Shown piece after piece: positions 52,782 to 62,989 of a DNA stretch of 64,000 nucleotides. Below the pieces are notes generated by a model. It saw nothing but the letters and a program-made list of their open reading frames with translations. It was not told the origin of the DNA and made no database searches. Positions within the stretch are counted from its first letter, which is position 1; each line of letters opens with the position of its first letter. The stretch is from Bacteroidales bacterium (GTDB lineage: Bacteria; Bacteroidota; Bacteroidia; Bacteroidales; PUMT01): NCBI GenBank assembly GCA_007133565.1, contig SLMM01000011.1, positions 1,128 through 65,127 of the forward strand. The letters run 5' to 3'. The position numbers and the translations under genes are program-made.

Positions 52782-52847
52782 AACAACTCTTTGAATTAAT
52801 CAATAGCTATTTGCAAAGTGGTGCAAATTTATAAAAATATATCAATT

Positions 52848-53396
52848 TTACAACCTGGGTTTCCAGGGAATTTCAGTCGCGCCCAAATCCTTGCCCAGCT
52901 TGCGTGACAGAACAAAAAAGTAGTCAGACAAACGGTTCAGGTACTTAATAACCAGGTTGTCAACAGGCGATAATGCATCGAGCCTGAGTACGTTTCGCTC
53001 TGCCCGCCGGCAAACATTGCGTGCCACGTGACAGTAGGAGACTACCGTATTGCCCCCCGGCAAAATAAAGGATGAAAGAGGCTCAACCTCTTCCTCCATA
53101 TCATCAATTGCCTTTTCCAGCCGTGTAATATCATCCTCACTGAGTGATGGCAGCGGATTGGGGCAATTATCACAATCGGCGGCGAGAATTGAAGCACAGG
53201 TCATCAACCGGTCCTGTATATCAACAAGCAGTTCGAATACCCCCTCTGCCTCCTCCTGGTCCCGTATGAGTCCGGTCCATGCAACAACCTCATCTACGCT
53301 CCCGTATGCTTCAATACGGTCATCAAACTTCGGAACTCTTTTTCCCCCGATAAGGGAGGTAGTTCCCGAATCTCCTGTCCTGGTATATATTTTCAT
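52848..53396 (-). CDS. ATP:cob(I)alamin adenosyltransferase, PduO type
   Basis: 'MKIYTRTGDSGTTSL.GG.RV.K', 'FILPGG' and 'HVAR.VCRRAER'. Confidence 0.9.
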   Translation of the reverse strand: MKIYTRTGDSGTTSLIGGKRVPKFDDRIEAYGSVDEVVAWTGLIRDQEEAEGVFELLVDIQDRLMTCASILAADCDNCPNPLPSLSEDDITRLEKAIDDMEEEVEPLSSFILPGGNTVVSYCHVARNVCRRAERNVLRLDALSPVDNLVIKYLNRLSDYFFVLSRKLGKDLGATEIPWKPRL

Positions 53397-53491
53397 CTTC
53401 CAGATCTTTAGAAATAAAGTTTATATATCAGAAACCCTCATCCCTGATGGAACCGGCACTGATATTCAAAAAGAAACAGAAAAAAGGGGTG

Positions 53492-54217
53492 TCAACTATG
53501 GAAACCGGAATGTACAGTCAGCTTCACCGGATTCTCGTTTATCGTGTCTGATTCGACCTCGCCATCCCGCAACCTGATAATACGGTGCGCATGCCTTGCA
53601 ATGTCCTCCTCGTGTGTTACGACAATAATTGTGTTGCCTTTCCTGTGTATCTCGTCAAAAAGGTTCATGATATCAACAGATGTCTTGGAATCAAGGTTTC
53701 CGGTCGGCTCATCGGCCAGTATTATCGAGGGGTGGTTAACCAGTGCCCGGGCCACCGCAACACGCTGCCTCTGCCCACCTGACAATTCATTAGGTTTGTG
53801 ATGCGACCTGTCATCGAGTGCCACCTGGCGGATCACCTCCTCAGCCCTTGCAATTCGATCTGCTTTCGATTTGCCGGCATAAACAAGCGGTAGCATGACA
53901 TTTTCAAACGCGGTGTACCGCGGAAGCAGATTGAATGTCTGAAACACAAAACCAATCTCCTTATTCCGGATCTCGGCAAGCTGGTTATCCTCAAGCTTGC
54001 TTACATCGGTGTTGTTCAGAATATACTGCCCGCCTGTTGGCGTATCAAGACATCCGATAATATTCATCAAAGTGGATTTGCCGGAGCCTGACGGCCCCAT
54101 GATTGCCACGTATTCGTTCTTCTTGATATCGACCGAAACTGACCTGAGAGCCTGTACAACTATGGTTCCTATCTTGTAATTCTTGACCAGCCCCCTGATA
54201 CTGATAATGTTTTCCAT
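53492..54217 (-). CDS. ABC transporter ATP-binding protein (MacB/LolD/FtsE-like)
   Basis: Walker A 'GPSGSGKST', signature 'LSGGQRQR', Walker B '[11 protein letters not shown]'. No permease gene adjacent. Confidence 0.88.
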   Translation of the reverse strand: MENIISIRGLVKNYKIGTIVVQALRSVSVDIKKNEYVAIMGPSGSGKSTLMNIIGCLDTPTGGQYILNNTDVSKLEDNQLAEIRNKEIGFVFQTFNLLPRYTAFENVMLPLVYAGKSKADRIARAEEVIRQVALDDRSHHKPNELSGGQRQRVAVARALVNHPSIILADEPTGNLDSKTSVDIMNLFDEIHRKGNTIIVVTHEEDIARHAHRIIRLRDGEVESDTINENPVKLTVHSGFHS

Positions 54218-54344
54218 TTACTTCTGTTTTTAATTATGAACGGGTTTGAACCCCTTATGATTGTTGCTGTATATTTTGAAAAATCAAACGAATCTAGAGT
54301 TAAAAAGTTTAATAGAAAAATCATTTAACAATAATTTTGATTTA

Positions 54345-55139
54345 CTACATGTAAGTCAATACATAATGCTGTTTTGCAATTCCAACCCTGAAAAAGACCA
54401 GTCCCGCATAAAAAAGATCGACAGTTAACGAAACCCTTTTGTCGCTGCATATTTTTTTCCATGCTCTTTCCATTCCGGTCGACCAGTGGATGTCGCCTAT
54501 TATAAATATTGAATCTTTATCAGCTTTTTCAGCGCAAAGCCCGAATTGCCATAATAGGCTTTCTTCACTGTGATCACCATCCAGGTAAACAAGATCAACC
54601 TTATTCAGCCTCCCAAGAAGTCCTGGCAGCACCTCACCGAAAGTCCCCTGCATCAGCACAGCATTCCCCACCCCGCGTCGGGCAAGTTGATCACCTGCAA
54701 CTGCCAGTTGCTCCGGACAAGCCTCCAGGCTGTAAACCACACCATGCTGGCCTCCCCTGGCAAGAGAGAAAGTTCCAATTCCAAGTGATGTGCCGAGTTC
54801 GATTATTACCGGTGCACTGTAACTGCGGGCAAGACGAAACAACAACCTGCAGGTTCGCACATTACTTGAACTGTACCTGGCAATATCCCTTACACGTCTT
54901 GTAGCCGAAGAGAACACTTTCGAACCGGCACCGTGGCCGGAGACCCTTATTGACTGACTGTTTCCCATTATTGACCTTCTGTAACGGTCAATATCATTGT
55001 AATCCGGATATTGTGCCCTGCTGTTGAGCAGATCCCGGTTAAGCTCAAACACGTAGGGCGAATGTATTCCATGGCCCTTTGAACCCCTTCGCCTGATCCT
55101 ATAGACAAAATATTTAATTAAAAGTTTAATTTTACCCAT
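54345..55139 (-). CDS. class I SAM-dependent methyltransferase (O-methyltransferase-like)
   Basis: 'IIELGTSLGIGT' (motif I) and 'VDLVYLDGDH'. The track ORF (to 55439) would overlap recG, so the start is trimmed to the ATG at 55139 (MGKIKLL...). Confidence 0.75.
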   Translation of the reverse strand: MGKIKLLIKYFVYRIRRRGSKGHGIHSPYVFELNRDLLNSRAQYPDYNDIDRYRRSIMGNSQSIRVSGHGAGSKVFSSATRRVRDIARYSSSNVRTCRLLFRLARSYSAPVIIELGTSLGIGTFSLARGGQHGVVYSLEACPEQLAVAGDQLARRGVGNAVLMQGTFGEVLPGLLGRLNKVDLVYLDGDHSEESLLWQFGLCAEKADKDSIFIIGDIHWSTGMERAWKKICSDKRVSLTVDLFYAGLVFFRVGIAKQHYVLTYM

Positions 55140-55247
55140 CTGAAGTACTGCAAACCTGAGTGCGAATTTAAGCCAATTTGCACAAATAACGCCCTGAAAC
55201 ACCCAGGAGCATAAAAATGATTCACGCTGTAACCCGGTACCACTCAA

Positions 55248-57356
55248 ATGCAGACAGACATACTCGACAGAGATATAAAGTTTCTCCCGGGCGTAGGTCC
55301 GAAACGGGCTGAACTGCTGAAAAAAGAGCTGGGCATAGCCACGTTCGGTGACATGCTGACCTATTTCCCCTACAAGCATGTCGACAGGACAAAATTCTAT
55401 AAAATATCGCAAATTACCGGCGATCTCCCTTATATCCAACTAGAGGGCAGCATTGTAAGTGCGGGCATCACAGGTTCAGGAAGAAACAGGAGGCTGACAG
55501 CGATCATAGCAGACGGTACGGGACAACTGGAACTTGTATGGTTTAAAGGGTTGAGGTGGATACACGACCTGGTCAGGCCGGGAAAAAAGTTCATCGTTTA
55601 TGGCAAACCCACCACATTTAACAACAAGGTCAACCTTGTCCATCCCGAAATGGAGGATCCTGACAAGCAGGAGAAACAGATCAGGTCAGCATTACAGTCT
55701 TTTTACAACACAAGTGAGAAACTCAAGAGCAGTTTCATTACCTCAAGGGTAATCGGGAAATTGCAGAACCGGCTGCTGGGTCTGGTTTACGGAAAGCTTG
55801 AAGAAACTTTGCCCGGAAAGCTTATTGAGAAAACCGGGCTTATAAACATCAACGAAGCTTTTCTCAACATCCATTTCCCCCAGGGTGCCGACAAGCTGAA
55901 GAAGGCCGAAGCAAGACTGAAGTTTGAAGAGCTGTTTTATCTTCAGTTAAATATTGTGAGGCAAAAGGCTGTCAGGACCGGGAAGGTAAGGGGACTGGCC
56001 TTTTCGAGGGTAGGGAGTCTGTTCAACGATTTCTACCATAACCACCTACCGTTCGAGCTTACCGCGGCCCAAAAAAGGGTGCTGAAGGAGATAAGAAGGG
56101 ATACCGGCTCCGGGAAACAGATGAACCGCCTTCTCCAGGGAGACGTAGGCAGCGGTAAAACCCTTGTTGCCGTAATGATCATGCTTATTGCCGCCGATAA
56201 CAGATATCAGTCCTGCCTGATGGCACCTACTGAAATTCTTGCTGTCCAGCATTACAACACCCTGAAAAATATCCTTGACGGGCTCCCGGTTGAAACGGGC
56301 CTGCTTACCGGCTCAACCGGAAAAAGAGAGCGCAAAGTCCTTCACGAAAAACTCTTGTCGGGAGAGATCAAAATACTGATCGGGACACATGCACTGATTG
56401 AGGAGAGTGTGCAGTTTGAACGACTCGGACTGGCAATTATTGATGAACAGCATCGTTTTGGAGTGGCTCAAAGGGCAAAGATATGGAAGAAAAACCTCCG
56501 GCCTCCGCATGTTCTGGTCATGACTGCAACTCCCATACCACGGACACTTGCAATGACAGTCTACGGCGATCTTGAAGTTTCTGTTATCGACGAACTGCCA
56601 CCGGGGAGAAAACCAGTGATAACCGCACACTATTATGATACTCACAGGGAGCGGCTCTTCGGATTCATGAGAAAACAGATTGCAGCCGGAAGGCAGGTAT
56701 ATGTTGTTTACCCGCTGATTAAAGAGTCAGAAAAGATGGACTATAAAGACCTTGAAGACGGGTATGAAAGCATTACAAGGGCTTTCCCGCCACCCGGATA
56801 CGTTACCGCAATTGTGCACGGGAAAATGAAAATTGAGAATAAGGAGACAGGAATGAAACAGTTCGTTAAAGGCAGTGCCCATATCCTGGTTTCGACAACC
56901 GTAATAGAGGTCGGTGTCGATGTACCGAATGCTTCGGTAATGGTAATTGAAAGCGCCGAGAGATTCGGCCTCTCACAGCTTCATCAGCTAAGAGGCCGGG
57001 TTGGACGCGGCAGCGACCAGTCCTTCTGCATACTGATGACCTCCCACAAGCTCTCAAATGAAGCCAGGCAAAGGATAAAAACCATGGTCAACACCAACGA
57101 CGGCTTTGAGATTGCCGAGGCCGACCTCAAACTAAGGGGGCCTGGCGATATGGAGGGTACCATGCAAAGCGGATTTCCGTTCGACCTCAAAATATCTCAT
57201 CTTGGCAAAGACAGCCGGATTCTTGAATATGCAAGGCAACAGGCAATTGCAATTACCGAAGAGGATCCGATGCTGGAAAAACCAGAAAATAAGATTCTCT
57301 ATGTTCAACTAAGGAAACTTAACCCTGAGGTTGAGGAATGGAGCAGGATAAGCTGA
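55248..57356 (+). CDS. recG: ATP-dependent DNA helicase RecG
   Basis: Wedge domain, 'FELT.AQ..V..EI..D', 'LLQGDVGSGKT', 'IIDEQHRFGV', 'MTATPIPRTL' and 'LHQLRGRVGRG'. Confidence 0.93.
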   Translation: MQTDILDRDIKFLPGVGPKRAELLKKELGIATFGDMLTYFPYKHVDRTKFYKISQITGDLPYIQLEGSIVSAGITGSGRNRRLTAIIADGTGQLELVWFKGLRWIHDLVRPGKKFIVYGKPTTFNNKVNLVHPEMEDPDKQEKQIRSALQSFYNTSEKLKSSFITSRVIGKLQNRLLGLVYGKLEETLPGKLIEKTGLININEAFLNIHFPQGADKLKKAEARLKFEELFYLQLNIVRQKAVRTGKVRGLAFSRVGSLFNDFYHNHLPFELTAAQKRVLKEIRRDTGSGKQMNRLLQGDVGSGKTLVAVMIMLIAADNRYQSCLMAPTEILAVQHYNTLKNILDGLPVETGLLTGSTGKRERKVLHEKLLSGEIKILIGTHALIEESVQFERLGLAIIDEQHRFGVAQRAKIWKKNLRPPHVLVMTATPIPRTLAMTVYGDLEVSVIDELPPGRKPVITAHYYDTHRERLFGFMRKQIAAGRQVYVVYPLIKESEKMDYKDLEDGYESITRAFPPPGYVTAIVHGKMKIENKETGMKQFVKGSAHILVSTTVIEVGVDVPNASVMVIESAERFGLSQLHQLRGRVGRGSDQSFCILMTSHKLSNEARQRIKTMVNTNDGFEIAEADLKLRGPGDMEGTMQSGFPFDLKISHLGKDSRILEYARQQAIAITEEDPMLEKPENKILYVQLRKLNPEVEEWSRIS

Positions 57357-57554
57357 CAGCTTCGCAATCAGCCGAAACGCATAAAGCATTACCTGACTGA
57401 GAATACGTCAGAAAACAGGACGACGGTTTCAGGACACCGGCCTGCTGGGAATGGAATATACCGGTTCTGAACCTATTTATAATTATATTAAATCTAAATT
57501 ATTTAGTGTCAATCAAAACATGACAAAAAACAATTTTTAAACCCCAAACATCAA

Positions 57555-57562
57555 TATTTTTG
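57555..57562 (+). promoter_or_regulatory. candidate -7 promoter element (TAnnTTTG) for the rseC-rnf operon
   Basis: TATTTTTG lies 26 nt upstream of the rseC ATG, at the end of a 231-nt AT-rich intergenic region. Confidence 0.35.
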
Positions 57563-57587
57563 TATTTTTTCAAAAGACGGACATACA

Positions 57588-58010
57588 ATGGCTTCCTCCG
57601 AAACTATAAAGCATTCGGGTATAATCAGTGAAGTTAGCGGCAAGACGGTTAAGGTCAGGATAACACCGGAAGCAGCCTGCGGGAGCTGCCGCGCAAGGGG
57701 ATCATGTTCCATAGGCGACAAGGAAGAAAAAATAATCGAGGTCTATACCTCCCCGGACGAAACCTACAAAACGGGCGAGGAAATAATTGTGGTACTGGAG
57801 CAGTCACTCGGACTTAAAGCACTGGGGCTGGGATATATTGCACCATTCATCATACTTCTTGCTGTTTTGGTGACCCTTACTTCTCTTGGCATGAACGAGG
57901 GAACTGCCGGAGTGATATCGTTACTGTCACTTGCCCCCTGGTATGCCGGACTCTCATTTTTCAAAGAGAGGCTTAAAAAAGGTTTTTCCTTCAGGCTGCA
58001 GAAAATGTAA
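57588..58010 (+). CDS. rseC: RseC/MucC-family (SoxR-reducing system) membrane protein
   Basis: 'G.ISEVSGKTVKVRI....ACGSC.A.GSC' followed by two TM helices. Sits in the typical position ahead of rnfB. Confidence 0.8.
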   Translation: MASSETIKHSGIISEVSGKTVKVRITPEAACGSCRARGSCSIGDKEEKIIEVYTSPDETYKTGEEIIVVLEQSLGLKALGLGYIAPFIILLAVLVTLTSLGMNEGTAGVISLLSLAPWYAGLSFFKERLKKGFSFRLQKM

Positions 58011-58021
58011 CATCATACAAA

Positions 58022-58876
58022 ATGAGCGATATAATAATCCATTCAATCATTACTTTAGGCGCCATGGGGGGCGCTGCTGCCATAATCCTTTTTCTGGTTG
58101 CAACAAAGTTCAATGTTGTAGAAGATCCGCGAATTGACCTGGTTGAAGAGGAACTTCCCGCTGCAAACTGCGGGGGGTGCGGATTACCGGGATGCAGGGC
58201 GTTCGCCGAGGCCCTGGTCAAGGCAGATGATATATCGGGACTTAAATGCCCGGTGAGCAGCAGCGAAGCGATGACAAAAATATCGGTAATTCTTGGCAAG
58301 GAGATACCCGAGCCCGAGCCCCTGGTTGCCGTGGTCAGGTGTGCAGGCACCCCCGTGAGCCGACCCAGAAAGAACATTTACGACGGGGCGCCCAGATGTT
58401 CGGTTGCTTCGGCTCTTTATTCGGGCGAATCGGACTGCCCCCACGGCTGTCTCGGACTTGGCGATTGTGTTGAGGTATGCCGGTTCGATGCCATCTATAT
58501 GAACCCTGAAACGGGACTGCCGGAGGTTATTGATGAGCTCTGTACTGCATGCAATGCCTGCGTAACAGAATGTCCGCGAAGCATTATAGAGCTCAGAAAG
58601 AAGAACAAGAAAGACCGCAAGATATACGTGGCGTGCATTAACGAGGAAAAGGGAGGGGTTGCCCGGAAAAGCTGTAAAGTTGCCTGTATAGGTTGCGGCA
58701 AATGCTTAAAGGCATGCAAGTTCGATGCAATAACACTGGAAAACAACCTTGCATATATTGATCCTGTTAAGTGCAAACTGTGCAGGAAATGTGCACCTGA
58801 GTGTCCGACCGATGCAATTCTGGAAATCAATTTCCCGGTGCGCAAAGAGAAGGCTGAAGCACAGGCTCAGGATTGA
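58022..58876 (+). CDS. rnfB: Rnf electron transport complex subunit B
   Basis: N-terminal TM helix, 'ANCGGCGLPGCRAFAEAL', and several CxxCxxCxxxCP ferredoxin motifs. Confidence 0.9.
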   Translation: MSDIIIHSIITLGAMGGAAAIILFLVATKFNVVEDPRIDLVEEELPAANCGGCGLPGCRAFAEALVKADDISGLKCPVSSSEAMTKISVILGKEIPEPEPLVAVVRCAGTPVSRPRKNIYDGAPRCSVASALYSGESDCPHGCLGLGDCVEVCRFDAIYMNPETGLPEVIDELCTACNACVTECPRSIIELRKKNKKDRKIYVACINEEKGGVARKSCKVACIGCGKCLKACKFDAITLENNLAYIDPVKCKLCRKCAPECPTDAILEINFPVRKEKAEAQAQD

Positions 58877-58954
58877 CCGGGGTTTCGCAGTTAATGATCA
58901 GTAGAGAACCTTTTACAGGGTTTTAACAAATTAAAATATCAGGAGGTCAAAAAC

Positions 58955-60286
58955 GTGATAAAAACATTTCCTAATGGTGGTGTTCACCCTGCTGAGGACA
59001 AATTTGCAGCCGGAAGTCCCATAAAGGTCCTGCCGGCACCCGAAACAGTTATAATTCCGGTGTCCCAGCACATAGGTGCACCTGCTGAACCAGTGGTTGC
59101 AAAAGGTGATAAGGTAAAAACAGGTCAGCTGATAGCTAAAAGCAAGGGTTTTGTCTCGGCCAACATCCATTCTTCAGTTACCGGGACAGTTAAGAAAATT
59201 GACAGGGAGACTGACAGCAGCGGCTACAAACGCACCTCAATAGTTATAAATACTGAAGAGGATCAGTGGAATGAGGGGATAGATACAAGCAAGGCCCTGA
59301 ACAGGAATATTGCTGCCGGAGCTGATGAAATTGTACGCAAGACCCTTGATGCGGGGATTGTCGGACTGGGCGGAGCTACTTTTCCCTCACATATAAAACT
59401 TTCCGTTCCAAAAGGGAAGAAGGCTGAAATTCTCATCATAAACGGGGTGGAATGTGAACCATGCCTTACATCCGATCACAGGCTGATGCTCGAAAAGGGT
59501 GAAGAGCTTATGGTTGGGATACAGCTGATGATGAAGGCGCTGAATGTTAGGCGTGCTATTATAGGCATTGAGAAGAACAAACCAGATGCCCTTGAATATC
59601 TTGGAAAACTATCGTCAGATTACGAAGGAATAACGGTTAATGCCCTGAAAGTAAAATATCCCCAGGGCGGAGAAAAACAACTGATTAAAGCCTTGATCAA
59701 CAGGGAGGTGCCATCAGGGGGACTGCCTTTAGATGTAGGTGCAGTGGTACACAACGTGGGCACCGCCTTTGCGGTGTATGAAGCGGTGCAAAAAAACAAA
59801 CCGCTTATCGAGAGGGTTGTTACCGTTACAGGGAAGGAATTGAGCAAACCTTCCAACTTTATGGTCAGGATAGGCACACCCGTGAAGGCTCTTATAGACG
59901 CTGCCGGTGGACTGCCTGAGAGTACCGGGAAGATCGTCAACGGAGGCCCGATGATGGGCAAGGCACTCAACAGCCTGGAAGTCCCGGTTACCAAAGGAAC
60001 ATCAGGAATTCTTCTCATACCGGCGGCTGAGGCTGCCCGAAAACCGGTAGTGAACTGCATGCGTTGTGCGAAATGCATTTCAGTCTGCCCGATGGGGCTG
60101 GAACCTCACCTGCTTATGCCTGCCACGGAATTCGGAAAATGGGATCTTGCAGAGGAGGAAAAGATACTTGACTGCATGGAGTGCGGCTCCTGCAGCTATA
60201 TATGCCCTTCGGGAAGGCCTCTGCTCGACTATATAAGGCTGGGCAAATCAACCGTAAGTAAAATTATCAGATCAAGGAAACAATAA
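58955..60286 (+). CDS. rnfC: Rnf electron transport complex subunit C
   Basis: 'GGVHP', 'VGLGGATFP.H.K', 'INGVECEP.LT.D' and two 4Fe-4S motifs (CMRCAKCISVCP, CMECGSCSYICP). GTG start with AGGAGG 8 nt upstream. Confidence 0.9.
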   Translation: MIKTFPNGGVHPAEDKFAAGSPIKVLPAPETVIIPVSQHIGAPAEPVVAKGDKVKTGQLIAKSKGFVSANIHSSVTGTVKKIDRETDSSGYKRTSIVINTEEDQWNEGIDTSKALNRNIAAGADEIVRKTLDAGIVGLGGATFPSHIKLSVPKGKKAEILIINGVECEPCLTSDHRLMLEKGEELMVGIQLMMKALNVRRAIIGIEKNKPDALEYLGKLSSDYEGITVNALKVKYPQGGEKQLIKALINREVPSGGLPLDVGAVVHNVGTAFAVYEAVQKNKPLIERVVTVTGKELSKPSNFMVRIGTPVKALIDAAGGLPESTGKIVNGGPMMGKALNSLEVPVTKGTSGILLIPAAEAARKPVVNCMRCAKCISVCPMGLEPHLLMPATEFGKWDLAEEEKILDCMECGSCSYICPSGRPLLDYIRLGKSTVSKIIRSRKQ

Positions 60287-61287
60287 TGGATAAATTGATT
60301 ACCGTATCTCCTTCTCCTCATGCATACGGGGATGACACCGTCAAAAAACTGATGTACGGGGTATTATATGCTCTGCTGCCGGCTTTCCTCGTCTCGGTGT
60401 ATTTTTTCGGTATCGGCGCTCTTATAGTAACTGCAATCTCAGTCGTTTCATGTGTGATGTTTGAATACCTGATCCAGAAATACATGATGAAGACCGAACC
60501 AACTGTGAGCGACGGATCGGCAGCGGTTACGGGAGTGCTTCTGGCTATGAACCTGCCTACCAACATGCCCTGGTGGATAATAGTCATCGGGGCACTGGTA
60601 GCAATCGGGGTGGGAAAAATGTCATTCGGGGGACTTGGCAACAATCCTTTTAACCCCGCCCTTGTAGGCCGTGTTTTCCTTTTCATCTCCTTCCCTGTCC
60701 AGATGACGAGCTGGCCGGAACCGATCATTTCAAGATTGCAGTATACAGATGCCGTGACAGGAGCAACCCCGCTGGCAGTCATGAAGGAAGGGCTTGCAGC
60801 AGGAGTGCCCTTATCACGCCTTGTAGAGCAGATACCAGGATACCTTGATCTTTTTATAGGACACCTCCACGGCAGCATGGGTGAGATATCTGCCCTTGCA
60901 CTGCTGGCCGGAGGTATATATATGATAGCCAGGAAAATTATCACATGGCACATTCCCGTATCCATATTCCTTACAGTATTCCTGTTCACAGGTATCCTCT
61001 GGCTGATAAATCCCTACGACAATGCCGACCCGGTATTTCATCTTATAACAGGGGGACTGGTTCTGGGGGCTGTATTTATGGCAACCGACTATGCCACTTC
61101 GCCAATGACACCAAAAGGTATGTGGATCTTTGGTATAGGAATAGGCGTAATAACTGTTGCGATAAGGGTTTACGGAGCATACCCGGAAGGAATTTCATTC
61201 GCCATCCTGATAATGAATTCTTTTGTCCCCCTGATAAATAAATATGTTAAACCAAAAAGATTTGGAGAGGAGGTAAAAAATGGCTAA
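60286..61287 (+). CDS. rnfD: Rnf electron transport complex subunit D
   Basis: Polytopic membrane protein. 'DAVTGATPL' flavinylation motif and 'FMATDY.TSP'. Confidence 0.92.
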   Translation: MDKLITVSPSPHAYGDDTVKKLMYGVLYALLPAFLVSVYFFGIGALIVTAISVVSCVMFEYLIQKYMMKTEPTVSDGSAAVTGVLLAMNLPTNMPWWIIVIGALVAIGVGKMSFGGLGNNPFNPALVGRVFLFISFPVQMTSWPEPIISRLQYTDAVTGATPLAVMKEGLAAGVPLSRLVEQIPGYLDLFIGHLHGSMGEISALALLAGGIYMIARKIITWHIPVSIFLTVFLFTGILWLINPYDNADPVFHLITGGLVLGAVFMATDYATSPMTPKGMWIFGIGIGVITVAIRVYGAYPEGISFAILIMNSFVPLINKYVKPKRFGEEVKNG

Positions 61288-62323
61288 AAGAGAATCCACC
61301 TTCTTCAATATGGTCCTTGCACTGCTGACGGTAACCCTGGTTGCTTCAGCTTCACTCGGATTTATCTATGAACTTACCAGGGAGCCGATAGAGATGGCCA
61401 GGGCGGCCAGGAAAAATAATGCCATAAGGGCTGTGGTACCCGACTTTGACAATAACCCCACAGAAGAGCGATATACGATCGAGGCAGCCGGAGGAGAACT
61501 GGTGTTCTACCCTGCCAAAAAGGATGGCGAACTTGTGGGTACTGCCGTTGAAACATTTACCAACAGGGGTTTTAGCGGGACTATCAGGTTGATGGTAGGA
61601 TTACTGCCCGACGGTACAATTCATGGTATTGAGGTGCTCGAGCATAAAGAGACTCCCGGGTTGGGCGATAAGATGGAAAGTGACAAATCAGATTTCAGCG
61701 CCCAGTTTGAGGGACAGAACCCTGAGGACTTCCGCCTGCGGCTAAGGCAGGATGGCGGCGATGTTGACGGTATTACCGCCACTACCATCAGCTCCCGGGC
61801 CTACTGTGAAGCGGTACAGCTGGCTTTTGACCTTTACATGGACAAGGATGCCGATGTCTCATATGAGCTCCCTTCAAGGGATGAAGCAGTTGAAAGGGTG
61901 CTGGCAGACTTTGCCAACAACCCACTCCAGGAAGATTTCCTGGTTATGGCAAATGGAAATGAACATACAGTGTTTCCCGGAAGAAGGGGTAGGAGATATA
62001 CCGGACTGGCAGTTGACATCTATTCAGAAGCAGGATACATAGGGCCAATAAGACTTATGGTGGGATTCGACAGTGAGGGGGTGATCACCGGCATAGAAGT
62101 TCTCGGGCACGAAGAGACCCCGGGCTACGGAGATCTTATAGAGAATGCAAGGTCGGATTTCTACAAACAGTTCATCGGACTGAATCCCGGCGAGGACAAT
62201 ATCAGGCTTAAGGAAGACGGAGGGATAATAGACAATATAAGCGGAGCGACTATTACCGCAAGGGCATATTGCGAGGCCGTGCGCAGCGCATGGGACATTT
62301 TCCGGCAGGCCGAAAACAGGTAG
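61280..62323 (+). CDS. rnfG: Rnf electron transport complex subunit G with two tandem FMN-binding domains
   Basis: 347 aa with an N-terminal TM anchor. aa ~95-185 and ~250-340 are clear paralogous FMN_bind units ('GTIRLMVGLLPDGTIHGIEVLEHKETPGLGD...ITATTISSRAYCEAV' versus 'GPIRLMVGFDSEGVITGIEVLGHEETPGYGD...ISGATITARAYCEAV'). Confidence 0.88.
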   Translation: MAKRESTFFNMVLALLTVTLVASASLGFIYELTREPIEMARAARKNNAIRAVVPDFDNNPTEERYTIEAAGGELVFYPAKKDGELVGTAVETFTNRGFSGTIRLMVGLLPDGTIHGIEVLEHKETPGLGDKMESDKSDFSAQFEGQNPEDFRLRLRQDGGDVDGITATTISSRAYCEAVQLAFDLYMDKDADVSYELPSRDEAVERVLADFANNPLQEDFLVMANGNEHTVFPGRRGRRYTGLAVDIYSEAGYIGPIRLMVGFDSEGVITGIEVLGHEETPGYGDLIENARSDFYKQFIGLNPGEDNIRLKEDGGIIDNISGATITARAYCEAVRSAWDIFRQAENR

Positions 62324-62394
62324 CACGCTAAATAACAAACCTCAGCCATGCAATCAAAACCGATAAAAGGAAATTCAAAATAAGCTCTGAAACT

Positions 62395-62976
62395 ATGGAC
62401 CAGGCAAAAAATTTTACCAAGGGATTTATAAGGGAAAACCCGGTTTTTATCCTGATGCTGGGACTCTGCCCGGCCCTCGGTACGACAACATCTGCATTTA
62501 ACGGCATGGGAATGGGCCTTGCCACGATGTTCGTGGTATTGATGTCGAACATCGTTGTTTCCCTCATCAAGAACTTTGTGCCAAACAAGGTGAGAATCCC
62601 ATGCTATATTGTTATCATAGCTTCATTCGTGACCATAGTCGACCTGGTTATGGCCGGGTTTATGCCGGCACTTCATGAGCAGCTAGGTTTGTTTATACCG
62701 CTGATCGTGGTGAATTGTTTCGTCCTTGGCAGGGCTGAAGCCTTTGCATCAAAGAACACGCTGCTGTCATCGGTAATCGATGGAACGGGTATGGGACTGG
62801 GCTTCACCTTTGCATTGACACTACTCGGTGCAGCACGAGAGATCCTCGGCAGCAATGCCATATTCGGACTGCAGTTCATAGAGGGCGACGGCATGCTTGT
62901 GTTCATACTCGCACCCGGGGCATTCATTGCGCTGGGCTACCTGATCGCATTAGCAAACAAACTTAACAAACAGTAA
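62395..62976 (+). CDS. rnfE: Rnf electron transport complex subunit E
   Basis: '[15 protein letters not shown]' and '[23 protein letters not shown]'. Confidence 0.92.
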   Translation: MDQAKNFTKGFIRENPVFILMLGLCPALGTTTSAFNGMGMGLATMFVVLMSNIVVSLIKNFVPNKVRIPCYIVIIASFVTIVDLVMAGFMPALHEQLGLFIPLIVVNCFVLGRAEAFASKNTLLSSVIDGTGMGLGFTFALTLLGAAREILGSNAIFGLQFIEGDGMLVFILAPGAFIALGYLIALANKLNKQ

Positions 62977-62989
62977 CAACGAATTAGCC

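Noticed and set aside
53492-54217. Orphan ABC ATPase as part of a possible toxin-export or defence module
   Set aside because: There is no adjacent permease, peptidase or immunity gene. The neighbours are a cobalamin adenosyltransferase and a methyltransferase, so there is no evidence of a system.
55140-55439. 100-codon N-terminal extension of the methyltransferase ORF that overlaps the recG start
   Set aside because: The extension would overlap recG coding sequence on the opposite strand by about 190 nt and has no methyltransferase similarity. The internal ATG at 55139 gives a normal-length protein.
60318-60989. 223-aa minus-strand ORF inside rnfD
   Set aside because: rnfD is unambiguous (TGATPL motif, operon position). 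The antisense ORF shows no family features.
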